The notes beneath the pieces were generated by a model. That model saw only the letters and a program-made list of their open reading frames with translations, was not told where the DNA came from and searched no databases. From Octopus sinensis (lineage: Eukaryota): a stretch of DNA of 64,000 bases. Each line of letters begins with the position of its first letter. The stretch's first letter is position 1. Positions 12,800-25,830 of the stretch are shown here, piece after piece. Location: NCBI RefSeq assembly GCF_006345805.1, contig NC_042997.1, positions 167,772,001 through 167,836,000 on the forward strand, written 5' to 3'. A program made the translations under genes and the position numbers.

Positions 12800-13020
12800 C
12801 ATACAAGCTTATGTGACCGCCTGTGCATCGTTGGCGATTTTCTTTCTCTGTCTTCCCTTCCTTGGACTTTTCCTTTTTTCTATATTTCTGACGAAGAGCT
12901 CCGCTCGAAACGTTAAATCCTCCTTCTTCCTTTCCTTTCCTGAGCGTCCAATAACACTATATTTGTTCCACATCCTCGCGTTGTTGTGTTTTCTCTTTGT
13001 TCGTGTTTGGATTAACTATA
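12800..13020 (+). mobile_element. ~220-bp Penelope-pLTR/retrozyme-like repeat with a hammerhead motif; copy at 45325-45540
   Basis: Two similar copies, both with CTGACGA-A-GAGC-nCC-GCTC-GAAACGTT. Confidence 0.65.
12884..12918 (+). ncRNA. Minimal hammerhead ribozyme-like motif
   Basis: ATTT-CTGACGA-A-GAGC(TCC)GCTC-GAAAC-GTT-AAAT; palindromic helix III AACGTT; extra A before helix II. Confidence 0.6.
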
Positions 13021-13179
13021 CATGCGCATGCGCGTGTTACTGTGCATGTTTGTGTAAGTAATTTAACTTTAAATATGTCTCTGTGCGTGCGAAAGTGTAC
13101 GTATGTGCTTGTCATTTTTTATGTATGCATAAATGTGTCTAAATGCAGATACATATCCATACAAATTTAAATGTCTATG

Positions 13180-13995
13180 CTATCTGTTCTTTTCAAATAT
13201 CGAATACTTTCCTGATTATTCTGGCCGTGCCAAGGAGGCAAACTTCTTGTAACAGTTCTACAGGGTACTCTATTCCGATTTCTTTTATATTCCTCTTGAT
13301 GCCTTCTTATACTGTCTCCCAGGACCCACTGTCTTCACCTTCTTCATTTTCCATAGCCAGGCTACTTCGTACTTAAGAGGATTGTATATATATTGTTGGC
13401 CAAATGCGTATTTTTTCAATACTTATTTTTGCTTACAATAGCCGGTTCTTTTGGTCAAACTATCGTATCTCCAGCTGCTTCAGATGCCAAGATATCAAAA
13501 ACTGTCAAAAAGTAGTGTAACGGTTTTACTATGGAATGGTGAAACTATTTTTCATTTTCTGAAAAAGCAACGTTTTGGACTTACGGTACTTTTGCATAAT
13601 AGCAACGCTACTTTTTCGCCTGCCTTCTTGACTATTCGTGGGTCAAAGGGGCATGCAATATCAATTATATAGCACATGTGGTGCACCCTGTCCACCACCA
13701 CTAGGTCTGTTTGTGACCAAAACTTGGTCTTGCGCTGCCAGTTTCTTTTTTTCAGTGCTCCTTTCTTCAGAAAGTCTCACCTATATTTTCCAAAAACTTG
13801 TTGCGTAATGCTTCTTCATGTCCAATTTGTACTTCTTGCTTTTTGATTTCCGCCTTTTCTCTGCATTCAATACGCCCTCATTCCAACTAGACTATTAAGG
13901 TTTCCTTACTTTGGGATAGGTATCTCAGTAAGCTCCCGAGTTCGATATGTACGTAGTCTTCCACGCATATCAGCCCCTTCTTCCATTTGCTCTCT
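13180..13995 (-). mobile_element. R4/Dong-clade (RLE) LINE 3' fragment, decayed
   Basis: Minus-strand translation GLICVEDYV, DLVVVD..CYIIDIACPFD (RLE) and LLQEVCLLGTARIIRKV. Confidence 0.85.
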
Positions 13996-14145
13996 AATTA
14001 TAATTATTGTTGATGTTGTTGCTGCTGCTGTTGTTGCTATTGTTGTTGTTATATACGTATATACATCTATGTGTGTGTGTGTGTGTATGCATATACCTTT
14101 TTTATGAATGTATGTATCGTTTATTTATTCTTCTTAGACATATAC

Positions 14146-14345
14146 TCTTTTACTCTTTTACTTGTTTCAGTCATTTGACTGTGGCCATGCTGGAGCACCA
14201 CCTTTTAGTAGAGCAAATCGACCCCAGGACTTATTCTTTAGAAGCCTAGTACTTATTCTATCGGTATCTTTTGCCGAACCTTACGGGGACGTAAACACAG
14301 CAGCATCGGTTGTCAATCAGTGCTAGGGGGACAAACACAGACACA

Positions 14346-14407
<62 letters not shown>

Positions 14408-14583
14408 TATATACATACATATATACGACGAGCTTCTTTCAGTTTCCGTCTACCAAATCCACTCACAAGGCTTTGGTCGGCCCGAGGCTATAGTAGAAGA
14501 CACTTGCCCAAGGTGCCACGCAGTGGGACTGAACCCGGAACCGTGTGGTTGGTAAGCAAGCTACTTACCACACAGCTACTCCT
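14146..14583 (-). mobile_element. SINE family B, full length
   Basis: Matches family, internal (CA)n linker. Confidence 0.92.
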
Positions 14584-14682
14584 AAAGCTCGAATCAAATG
14601 AATCAAAGGATTCATATGATCAATAAATGCAACATTCGAGGCATGCACCCCAAATTAATAACAACTCTCTCTTTCTTCGCCC

Positions 14683-14913
14683 TTTTAAAGCCTAGCCAGG
14701 CTCATGGGCCCGGTTTCCCGGTTTCCCGGTTTCAATGGCGTATGTGTTCCCCAGTCCATCACAGCGTTACTCGTTTTTGCCAGCTGAGTGGATTGGAGCA
14801 ACGTGAAATGAAGTGTTTTGCTCAAGAACACAACGCGTCGCCCGGTCCAGGAATCGAAACCACAATCTTACGATCATGATGCTCACACCCTAACCACAAA
14901 GCCACGCGCCTCC
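14683..14913 (-). mobile_element. SINE family D
   Basis: GGAGGCGCGTGGC head with A/B boxes. Confidence 0.8.
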
Positions 14914-15240
14914 ACAAATTTATAACAACAGAGAACTATATTCACAATACATAGCTTACAAAATACTATAAAGTGTCATTATAATGAAGTGCTATGAACT
15001 ATATAGTTGCCATTTGTTATTTGGACAGTTATGAATAATGTTTAATATAACCGTTGCGCAATTAATAACTGTGGGGGAGAGTATTTACAATAAATAAAGC
15101 ACAACCACAAAATGACATTGTGGTGAAATATTAAGAGCTGTATTCAGTTTTCTTATATTTTGACAATTATGAATGATGTTTAATATAGCTGTATCTAGTT
15201 TCTCTGTCGGCTTAAGGTTATTGTATAATGTGCTTGGTGT

Positions 15241-15303
15241 ATTACCATGAGTAACGTTCGGTTTGGAGTAGACATTAATAATTCTGCGTGTATCTCTGGC
15301 GAC
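15241..15303 (+). promoter_or_regulatory. Two X-box (RFX)-like motifs; candidate ciliary-gene promoter
   Basis: ATTACCATGAGTAAC (15241-15255) and GTATCTCTGGCGAC (15290-15303); FOX-like TATTTAC at 15082; donor-like sites after 15338 and 15353. Confidence 0.3.
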
Positions 15304-15645
15304 TTATAACTGATGTGAATGTATGTCTCTGTGCGCAGGTACTGCAACAGTAGGTAGCTGATGTTTTTTTTTTTTTTTATACAAGCTGTGGTACAAGAAT
15401 ATGGTGCGACTCCCTAGTGGATTATGGTTGTATAATAGTTCGTTCTAAACTTACTATTATTCGTCTTTAATGTCCAAGCACAGTTGTGCGGCTTTTGTGG
15501 GGTATTTTAATTGTGTAATAACTGTCCACTCCGGTGTGACTTAATGAAACTGTGATCCTTTTAGGCTATTTTTCAAACTTTTAACGGATCAAATCTGAGA
15601 CCATGTCCATAGCTACAATGATAGGGGCATATCCTTGCAGTTTCT

Positions 15646-16060
15646 TATTTCTTTATTGCCCACAGGGGGCTAATCATAGAGGGGACAAGCAAGGACAGAC
15701 AAACGGATTAAGACTATTACATCGACCCCAGTGTTTCACTGGTGCTTAATTTATCAACCCCAAAAGGATGAAAGGCAAAGTCGACCTCGGCGGAATTTGA
15801 ATTCAGAACGTAACGGCATGCGAAATACCTATTTCTTTACTACCCACAAGGGGCTAAACACAGAAAGGACAAACAAGGACAGACAAACGGATTAAGACGA
15901 TTACATCGACCCCAGTGCGTAACTGGTACTTATTTAATCGACCCCGAAAGGATGAAAGGCAAAGTGGACCTCGGCGGAATTTGAACACAGAACGTAGCGG
16001 CAGACGAAATGCTGCTAAGCATTTCGCCCGGCGTGCTAACGTTTCTGCCAGCTCGCCGCT
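15646..16060 (-). mobile_element. SINE family A dimer (head+body+body)
   Basis: 11-bp TSD ttgcagtttct flanks the whole dimer. Confidence 0.9.
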
Positions 16061-16844
16061 TTGCAGTTTCTGCACTGGCTCCTCGTTCTCTATTGTTGCT
16101 GGATTGTGAATATTTTATGAAATGGTTTAATATCTTATTCGTGTAATAGGTATCGGCAGAATGGTGTGAGGTTGGTTCTTAAAAGCGGGTCTTTGGGGGC
16201 ACAGTTCGGGAATAGAATAAAGAGTGTAAGGGAGTAAAAGAAGTGTGAAATAAAAGAGAGCGAGAAGAAAGTGGAAGGTCAAACAAAAAGGTTAATTTGC
16301 GTTGGCTGAATTTAGTGATCGGTCGGGACGAAGATATGCTTGAAGCTTTGTTGTTGGAAGAATTCATGTACAGTCAAAAGAAGGTTTCTTCAATTCGTTG
16401 AGGTTATGTGTATGTGTGTGGAAGATAAATTGCATATTTGTATAAGTTGGCTGTGCGCGTGAATGTATGTGTATCGTACATGGTGTGTTGACGTGCGTTA
16501 AGGATGTTATGTATGCGTGTGTAAGTTGGTTGTGTATGTGTGTATGTTGTTCTTTTGGGAGTGTGCGTGTTTATAGATTGCTTGTGTGGATGCACGTGTA
16601 CTCTTGTATGCATAGTTTATGCGTTCGCGCGTTTTTCATGTGGAACTAAGTATATGCTGTGCGTATGTGTGCGTGTGTTCTACAGACGTATGCGTATTGC
16701 CAGATGTGTATACGTGCGCGTACTCTACGGACGTATGCGTATTGCCAGGTGCCTGGCGTGCGATTGTGTGTGACTTTTGCGTTTGTATGATTACTATAGT
16801 GTAAGCTGTATGACAGGCGTATGTATGTACTTGTTTATTTGTGA

Positions 16845-17076
16845 AGGCGGTGAGCTGGCAGAATCGTTAGCACGCCGGACGAAATACTTAGCGGTATTTC
16901 GTCTGCCGCTACGTTCAGAGTTCAAATTCCGCCGAGGTCGACTTTGCCTTCCATCCTTTCGGGGTCGATTAAATAAGTACCAGTTACGCACTGGGGTCGA
17001 TGTGATCGACTTAACCCGTTTGTCTGTCCTTGTTTGTCTCCTCTATGTTTAGCCCCTTGTGGGTAGTAAAGAAATA
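16845..17076 (+). mobile_element. SINE family A, full length
   Basis: 22-bp TSD gtatgtacttgtttatttgtga. Confidence 0.93.
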
Positions 17077-17244
17077 GTATGTACTTGTTTATTTGTGAGT
17101 ATATGCAGGCACGGAGACGAGTGTGGGCATTCTGAGTTCATGTTCGGTGCGCTTATGTGGTTAGTGTGTCAGTGTGTCATGCGTGCACATGTGCTTACTA
17201 TAATATATGTGTATACATAATGAATGGTAGTTTCAGAAATGTGT

Positions 17245-17334
<90 letters not shown>

Positions 17335-17481
17335 AATAGAGAAATAGTAACAAAATGTTGCAGTATGTGCTGTGTATGTTATAGTGTGTGTGCCGGGATA
17401 AAATTAGAAAAACTGAGGTTGGGAATTAAGTTCAAAACCGAATACAAATTTCAAGAAATGTGTTCCTCTGTATCTCTGCAG

Positions 17482-17599
17482 CGAGGAATGGTAATAAGCG
17501 TGCGTGTTGAGTGAGGCTGAAAACTGAGATTTGCAGAATGGGATGGTCTGCAGAATGGAAATGGCGTATGACGAGATACCCATTGCTGACCCGAATCAG
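17482..17599 (+). CDS. Candidate upstream start-codon exon of the dynein (ATG 17543: MVCRMEMAYDEIPIADPNQ)
   Basis: tcctctgtatctctgcag acceptor, CAG|gtactt donor, in-frame stops upstream of the ATG, phase 0 matches exon 1; no homology support. Confidence 0.35.
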
Positions 17600-18685
17600 G
17601 TACTTTAATCGTTGGCCAGCTTATCTAATATAAATTAAATGCAAACAGAGGGAGGGAGGAGAAGAGACGGAGGAAGAGTGAGAGGGTAAGAGGGAGTGAA
17701 GGAGAAGGAAAGAGAGAAAGCCCATTGTTAATGATATCTTTTGAAACAGATTTTAAATAACTTGTTATTTGGTGATAAATGATAAAGTATTGTAACGGAA
17801 ACAAAAGTAGAAAAGGTATAGAAATTGAAGCCGTGAGAGAGGAACTTCAGACTAGTAAATTACACACAAATATACACACACACACATACAAGCACGGGTG
17901 AAGACAGCTTTTGGGTATTATCTATGTTCGGCAAAGAGCCGAAACATACGTTGGGACTGGGTCCTAGTCATGTGTGTGTATATGTATGTATATATGTGTG
18001 TGTGTGCGCGTGTGTGAGTGTGTGTGTATGTATGTGTGTTTATCCGTCTGTATGTATTTATAAATATATAAACACACACACACACACACACACTCACATA
18101 CGCACACACATTAACACGTACAGCATTGGATGTTGTAACCAGCTCTTTTATGAAAGCATATACAAGGCTAACTACAAACGATTTTAACTTCAGATATGCA
18201 CACCATCTTTGTTCGTTCTGAAATTCTTCTAAGAAGATCAGCACATCTCTATCAAGCTGACTGGCATTTGTCAGTTACCAGTATACGATATAACCTACAT
18301 TGAAATGTTCATGACTAAGGCAGTACCCTGCAGAAACAATGGAATGCAACACGATGTATTTACCAAGGAAGGAACTCTTATCCTTTTCTTTTTTAAACCC
18401 GTCACTTCTAAATAAACAAAAATTTGAGGTCACCTCATAGCAGAACAACCTATATACATGTTGTATATGAACTAGAAGCTTTTCTTGGACGCGTTGGAGG
18501 TGTTGTAGTCAACATATGGTAGATTTGAATCGTCCACTTGACACAATTCTATTTAGTATTTTCCAGTCAAGTATTTATTACATTTGCTTTATGTAATATA
18601 TACTGAGTAAATATTACAATCGTATTAACGAAGAAATATATATACAAACGCGCTCGTATATATATATTCTTTTATTTGTTTCAGT

Positions 18686-18731
<46 letters not shown>

Positions 18732-19304
18732 GCGCGCGCGCGCACACACACATGTATGTATGTATTTATGTATGTATGTTTGTATGTATGTATGTATGCA
18801 TGTATGCACGTATGTATCATTGACGTTATTAGAATTTTTTAAACTTCGAAAGAGCACGAAATAATTATTTTTTGTTTGCTTCGAGATCCACCATTCAAGA
18901 AAGGAAATTTACTCACACACACACACATACACACGTTTTATTCATTGGTCTATAAATTCTCTCTTTCCCTTTGCGTATGAACCTAGTGGGGCCCTTTGTT
19001 ACTAATGTCAGATTCGTTACTTGATTTCCCTCTCACCCTTCATAAAATTTAGTCTCTATAAAAATTTGTTTTCATTCTCAGTTTAGCAGGGTTATATTTC
19101 TTTCAACAAGTTTCACCATTCATTTATTTAATGAACGTTTAGTACTTTTGTTATTGTTTTTGTTTTTCTGTAAATTTCTAAATCCATTTTTTGTAGTAAT
19201 CACAGACCTTTTCTGTTTGGCTGCCAGTTTTCAATCTTCTCAATTTCCGTTCGAATTGCTATGCTAATCAATGCCATGAAAATCATTTTCACCGTAAATA
19301 AATA

Positions 19305-19749
19305 ACTCTTTTACTTACTTGTTTCAGTCATTTGACTGCGGCCATGCTGGAGCATCGCCTTTAGTCGAGCAAATCGACCCTAGGGCTTATTCTTTGTAAG
19401 CCTATTACTTATTCTATCGGCCTTTTTTGCCGAACCGCTAAGTTACGGGGACGTCAACACATCAGCATCGGTTGTCAAACAATGCTGGGGGGAGGGCAAA
19501 CACAGACACAAAAACACACCACCATCGGTTGTCAAGTGATGTTGGGGGGGGGGGAGACAAACACCGACTCACAAACATATATATATATATATACAACGGG
19601 CTTCTTTCAGTTTCCGTCTACCAAATCTACTCACAAGGCTTTGGTCGGCCCGAGGCTATAGAAAACACTTGCCCAAGGTGCCACGCAGTGGGACTGAACC
19701 CGGAACCATGTAGCTGGTAAGCAAGCTACTTACCACATAGCCACTCCTA
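19305..19749 (-). mobile_element. SINE family B with a short internal duplication
   Basis: The catcggttgtcaa segment occurs twice. Confidence 0.88.
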
Positions 19750-20071
19750 GTTATGTCTTTAGCTCGCAGTCTATTTATGTATACTACTTTTACTTACCTA
19801 TTTATCTATTTTTCTCTACTTATCCCTCCACTCCTATTATTTAGTTTTAGTTATATCCTTTCCTCTTCTTCCAACCTACTCCTTATTCACATAATATTTT
19901 TTTCCGTATCTATGTTCTCTTCTTTATTCAGATGCATATAATTTTCTCTATCTGCATCATCATTCTTATTCACATTAATATATTTCTCTTTCTTTAGCAT
20001 CCCACTCTCACATTCCAGGTATCTCTTTCCTGATACACAACTCTACTATTAAACTCTTATTAAATATCTGT

Positions 20072-20460
20072 GTGGAGGCGCAAAAGCCCAGTGGTTAGGG
20101 CAGCAGACTCGCGGTCGTGGGATCGCGGTTTCGATTTCCAGATCGGGTGTTGTGAGTGTTTATTGAGCGAAAACGCCCAAAGTTCCACGATGCTCCGGCA
20201 GGAGGTGGTGGCAAACCCTGCTGTATTCTTTCACCACAACTTTCTCTTACTCTTTCTTCCTGTTTCTGTTGTACCAGTATTTCAAAGAGCTAGCCTTGTC
20301 ACTCATTGTGTCACGCTGAATCTCCCTGAGAACTACGTTAAGGGTTACACGTGTCTGTGGAGTGTTCAGTCACATGCACGTTAATTTCACGAGCAGGCTG
20401 TTCAGTTGATCCGATCAACTGGAATCCTTGTCGTCGCAACCGACGGAGTGTCACGACATG
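20072..20460 (+). mobile_element. SINE family C (tRNA-derived)
   Basis: GGAGGCGC head, A-box TGGTTAGGG, B-box GGTTTCGATTTCC. Confidence 0.7.
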
Positions 20461-20944
20461 CCTTTATCTTTTAATCAAAAATTTCACAGATGCCGCAGTG
20501 TCGCTGTCCGCACAACAACCGACATGACCAATACGATATATACTAACATTTCCTAACTTCTTACTTCTGATGATGGGCCTTTGAGCTTAATCCTTTTGGC
20601 ATCGTAAAAAGCTCTCCGCATTCACTATTTTACTATATTACTTCTTCAGTACAATGCCTCAAGCAAGCTGGTGCCCTCTTCTTTCAATCCTGTTTATTTT
20701 TTTGTAACTTCAGGAACTGAAAATGATGTGACTGTATGATAGGTCACAACTTGTCCTTGAGCTGATTGGCTAACTACTGCAGAGATGCTGGGAGCTACTG
20801 GCTGTTATTTCTAGCGTCGGAAGTCAACACTTGTACAAAATGAAAACGATGAAATCTGTTTATAGCTTTCGCAACAAACTTTTATTATCTTCGTACACAA
20901 GCAAAAGACAAATATTGTTGATACTACAAACGACAAATATTCTT

Positions 20945-21308
20945 TTCTGCTGTAGGAACAAGGCCCGAAATTTTGGGGAAGGGGTGGGCCAGTCGATTAG
21001 ACCGACCCCAGTACGCAACTGGCACTTAATTTATCGACCCCGAAAGGATGAAAGGCAAAGTCGACCTTGGCGAAATTTGAACTCAGAACGTGAAGACAAA
21101 CGAAATACCTATTTTTTTTACTACCCACAAGGAGCTAAACACAGAGAGGACAAACAAGGACAGACAAACGGATTAAGTCGATTACATCGACCCCAGTGCG
21201 TAACTGGTACTTAATTTATCGACCCCGAAAATATGAAAGGTAAAGTCGACCTCGGCGGAATTTGAACTCAGAACGTAGGGGCAGACGAATACCGCTAAGC
21301 ATTTCACT
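20945..21308 (-). mobile_element. Chimeric SINE: family A body joined to a family A' body
   Basis: Fixed aaaaaata|ggtatttcg junction near 21105. Confidence 0.85.
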
Positions 21309-21898
21309 ATGTTGATGTCAGCTCTGTATTGCTGTTGCCGATAGTCTGTTTACCGAGTTGTCTTCGCTGTCTCAGCTTACATCCCAAAGCTCTCTGGATG
21401 GTGGTCGCATGTGTGACATTTTATACCTATTGATGAGTTCAGAAAGGTGTGCGCTAAAAGTTGACGTTGTCACAGTAGCCTATTCCAGACGAAGTCGTGA
21501 TTGGTCAAACGTTGTTGGTCACGTGGGCAGCATTCCAGCAAATCGCAGCATCGGGTGATTGCTGAAGATTCCGCTACAACTCTATACTTAGAAAATTATC
21601 AATCAATAATATATCATTGATGTTTCTAATGCCTATCTTATAGATTTTTCCCCTGATCCAACTTGATATTCGCTTCAACAGTTTCCCGAACGAAACAGGA
21701 TCTTTGCCTCAATTTATCGTAATCATTTATGAATAAATTATATTTATTTTCTGATGTATAATCTTGTATTTGAATCAGACCACCAGTTGAAATACTTATC
21801 CTTTAAATACGAATATATATGTATGTATCCATGTATGTATGTATGTATGTATGTATGTATGTATGTATGTATGTATGTATGTATGTATGTATGTATGT

Positions 21899-22316
<418 letters not shown>

Positions 22317-23388
22317 ATGCAAACATATGATATATATATAGTAAAGTCTATTTGCCAACGCAACGTGACGATGTTACTACTTTTTAGTCCCAGGTAAACA
22401 TCTTTTCCAGCTGACTACTGATACATGATCTGTGTCCGTATACTGTGAGCAAGGTGGTCTACTGCCCACTTTCTAACCGTAGGGATACCTGTAGACCAAC
22501 GGTTTCTGGATAATTTTCATTCATCTGCACAGGACAACCACCGGCTAGAGATAGCAGCCACTCGCTCTTGCTCGCAGTATATACTTTTGAAGTGACACAT
22601 AGTCGCTGATCTCGTAAAGAGAAAAAAAACTAGTTTTAAATCTCTGAAGAGAAATATGTAGTAACAGTACCGTACAGTAATGTCTATTTTTCAACGCAAG
22701 GTTGCAGTCCTACTTTGGACGGTGTTACTACTTTTAGCCTCTGGAAAACATCTCTTCCAGTTGGCTACCGACATATGATCTAGGTCCGTAAACTGTGAGC
22801 AAGGGAGTCTACTGCTCCCTTTTCTAGCCGTAGCGATGCCTCTCTCTCTCTTTCCCTCTCTCCTCCTGCTCTCTCTAAATATATATACATATAGATATAC
22901 GTGTATATGTGATATACAAGGCTCAAGAGGTATTTGAAGACGTATTTGGTGATTCAATGAAACTAGTCTAATCTAGCAAAAACTAAATATATTCGAATAA
23001 AAATTTGTGCACATGTTCTAGATAAACTTTCTTATTATCTCATTAATCTGCCCCGCAGCTTCGATGACTGTTTCTGCACGAAACGTCATAAACTCACCCT
23101 TCCCAACGGTGCATAAACTTTCTTCATATTATATAGTTTTGGTGTGAATTGAATTATCATATTCCTAATGTATGAAGTTTTAACACTTACTAAATATGTT
23201 TCTTAAACAGGGTAAATGCTTCTTAACGATTTTAGTATGGTACAAATGTAACTTCTCGGTGCCTTCCACGAATTCTACTCCGTAGCTAGTATTCGGACCT
23301 GACATCAATTCTTTTTCCATCCATATTAATCCTGTAATCATTGATCGTCACGTGTTCAGTGTGAGCGTTAACGGTATAGGTTTCACCA

Positions 23389-23728
23389 AAGGCGGCGAGC
23401 TAGCAGAAACGTTAGCACGCCGGGCGAAATGCGTAGCCGTATTTCGTCTGCCGTTACGTTCTGAGTTCAAATTCGGCCGGGGTCGACTTTGCCTTTCATC
23501 CTTTCGGGGTCGATAAATTAGTAAAGAAATAGGTATTTCGATAAATTAGTAAAGAAATAAGTATTTCGTCTGCCGTTACGTTCTGAGTTCAAATTCCGCC
23601 TTTTATCCTTTCGGGGTCGAGAAATTTAGTACCAGTTACTCACTTGGGTCGATGTAATCGACTTAATCTGTTTGTCTGTCCTTGTTTGTCCTCTCTGTAT
23701 TTAGCCCCTTGTGGGTAGTAAAGAAATA
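23389..23728 (+). mobile_element. SINE family A multimer with truncated first body
   Basis: 16-bp TSD ggtataggtttcacca. Confidence 0.9.
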
Positions 23729-24579
23729 GGTATAGGTTTCACCAGTTTGGGATTGCTTGAAAAAGTTATGGGTACTGTCCTTCGTCCTCTAAATGACATG
23801 TAAAACCAAATTAATGCAGCGCCACCTTGTAGTTCTTAATGCTAAACTAACTTTGTATCGTCTATTTCCCAAGGGAAAGGATTAACGTTACGCTATATCT
23901 TATGATATTCTGCGCTAAAGATAGCAGGTTTTTTTCTTTTATAGAAAACCAAATTATTGTCAACGAACGAGCGTTATCGGGATCACTCAACCCGCTAGAA
24001 AGGATAACTAAATCGCCCTCAAATCATAGTTAATTTTTTTTAAACTTGATTTTCACGTTGGCTTATGTAATATTTAATACACTACTTCTGAAAGTAAAAA
24101 AAAAAGTTAGTTCTTTTGTTAAGAAAAAAGCAAGCTTAATCAGGCTGACTTGTACATAAGTCTGTTTAATCAAGAGTAAACAACAACAACAACAACAACA
24201 ACAGCAGTAGCAGCAACAACAAGAACAACAGCAACAATCTATTATCTCCGTAATTGATCAATGATGACCTATCCAGTTCACTATTGTTCAATTCAATTCA
24301 TTATTAATGTTTACAATAAGAACGGAAATGTTATTGTTGTTCTTGATGATGATGATGATGATGATATATGATATATGATATTTAATCGCTGTCGGTGAGA
24401 GAAAGATTAGATATAGTAACGGTGGGGAATTCGGTTTATCTCGTAAACCACCCAGGAAGAATATTCATTCAGCGCGAAAGAATAGGGAACAATAATAGGA
24501 GGATTTAACGAATCAATATTTACATGTCAAAAGTGGGGGAAGATAAGGTCATGTGAAACAGAAATACATGCTTGGTGAA

Positions 24580-24635
<56 letters not shown>

Positions 24636-24818
24636 GGCGCAGGAGTGGCTGTGTTGTAAGTAGCTTGCTTACCAACCACATGGTTCTGGGTTCATTCCCA
24701 CTGAATGGCACATTGGGCAAGTGTCTTCTACTATTACCTCGGGCCGGCCAAAGCCTTGTGAGTGAATTTGGTAGATGGAAACTGAAAGAAGCATGTCGTA
24801 TATATGTATGTATGTTTG

Positions 24819-24849
<31 letters not shown>

Positions 24850-25193
24850 GGACGTTTGTGAATAACCTTCCAGTGAAACAGATGCTAAACTAGAACAGTT
24901 CAGAACTAATTTTCGATCATAACCAAGCTATATGAGGGTCTGTATGACGGGTTATGTAAACTGTCAACATTCATGACAAATAAGATAACGACAAGCCAAG
25001 TGTATATGTTTGTGTGTCTGTATTTGTCCGCCTAGCTGGTGTATTTACTTCCCTGTAACTTAGCGGTTCGGCAAAAGAGACCGATAGAATAAGTACTAGG
25101 CTTACAAAGAATAAGTCCTGGGGTCGATTTGCTCGACTAAAGGCAGTGCTCCAGCATGGCCGCAGTCAAATTACTGAAACAAATAAAAGAGAG
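24636..25193 (+). mobile_element. SINE family B split by a 157-bp local duplication
   Basis: Insert 24844-25000 matches 25878-26034. Confidence 0.88.
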
Positions 25194-25242
<49 letters not shown>

Positions 25243-25244
<2 letters not shown>

Positions 25245-25455
25245 CCTTTCTACTATAGGCACAAGGCCAACAATTTCGGGGACGGGGTAAGTGGATGAAA
25301 TTGATCCCAGGGCTCAACTGGCACTTACCTTATTGACCCCAAAAGGATGAAAAAACAAAGTCAACTTCGGCGGAATTTGAACCCAAAACGTAAAGACAGA
25401 CGAAAAGCCGTTAAGCACTTTTGCTTGGCGTGAAAGATTCTGTCAGCTCGCCGCC

Positions 25456-25457
<2 letters not shown>
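25243..25457 (-). mobile_element. SINE family A' (A head, different tail), between (AAT)n tracts
   Basis: Tail ccttgtgcctatagtagaaaggatt. Confidence 0.85.
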
Positions 25458-25519
<62 letters not shown>

Positions 25520-25571
25520 TAATAATAATGATGATAATAATAATAATAACAATAATAACAATAATAATAAC

Positions 25572-25624
<53 letters not shown>

Positions 25625-25645
25625 TAATAATAACAATAATATAAC

Positions 25646-25706
<61 letters not shown>
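25458..25706. repeat. (AAT)n microsatellite, imperfect
   Basis: Direct reading. Confidence 0.98.
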
Positions 25707-25830
25707 GACAGAAGCAGTCATATCCGTAGCTCAAGAACAAGCGTTAAGGACCAACTATGTGAAGTGCAGAATAGCCAACACTACCGACAGCGGCAAATGC
25801 AGAATGTGTGGTGAGAGGTGTGAATCGGTA
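25707..25830 (+). mobile_element. R4/Dong-clade LINE fragment (zinc-knuckle region)
   Basis: TEAVISVAQEQALRTNYVKCRIANTTDSGKCRMCGE. Confidence 0.8.

Noticed and set aside
23055-23095. TCGATGA...GAAACGTC hammerhead candidate
   Set aside because: 5' core is broken and neither helix I nor II pairs
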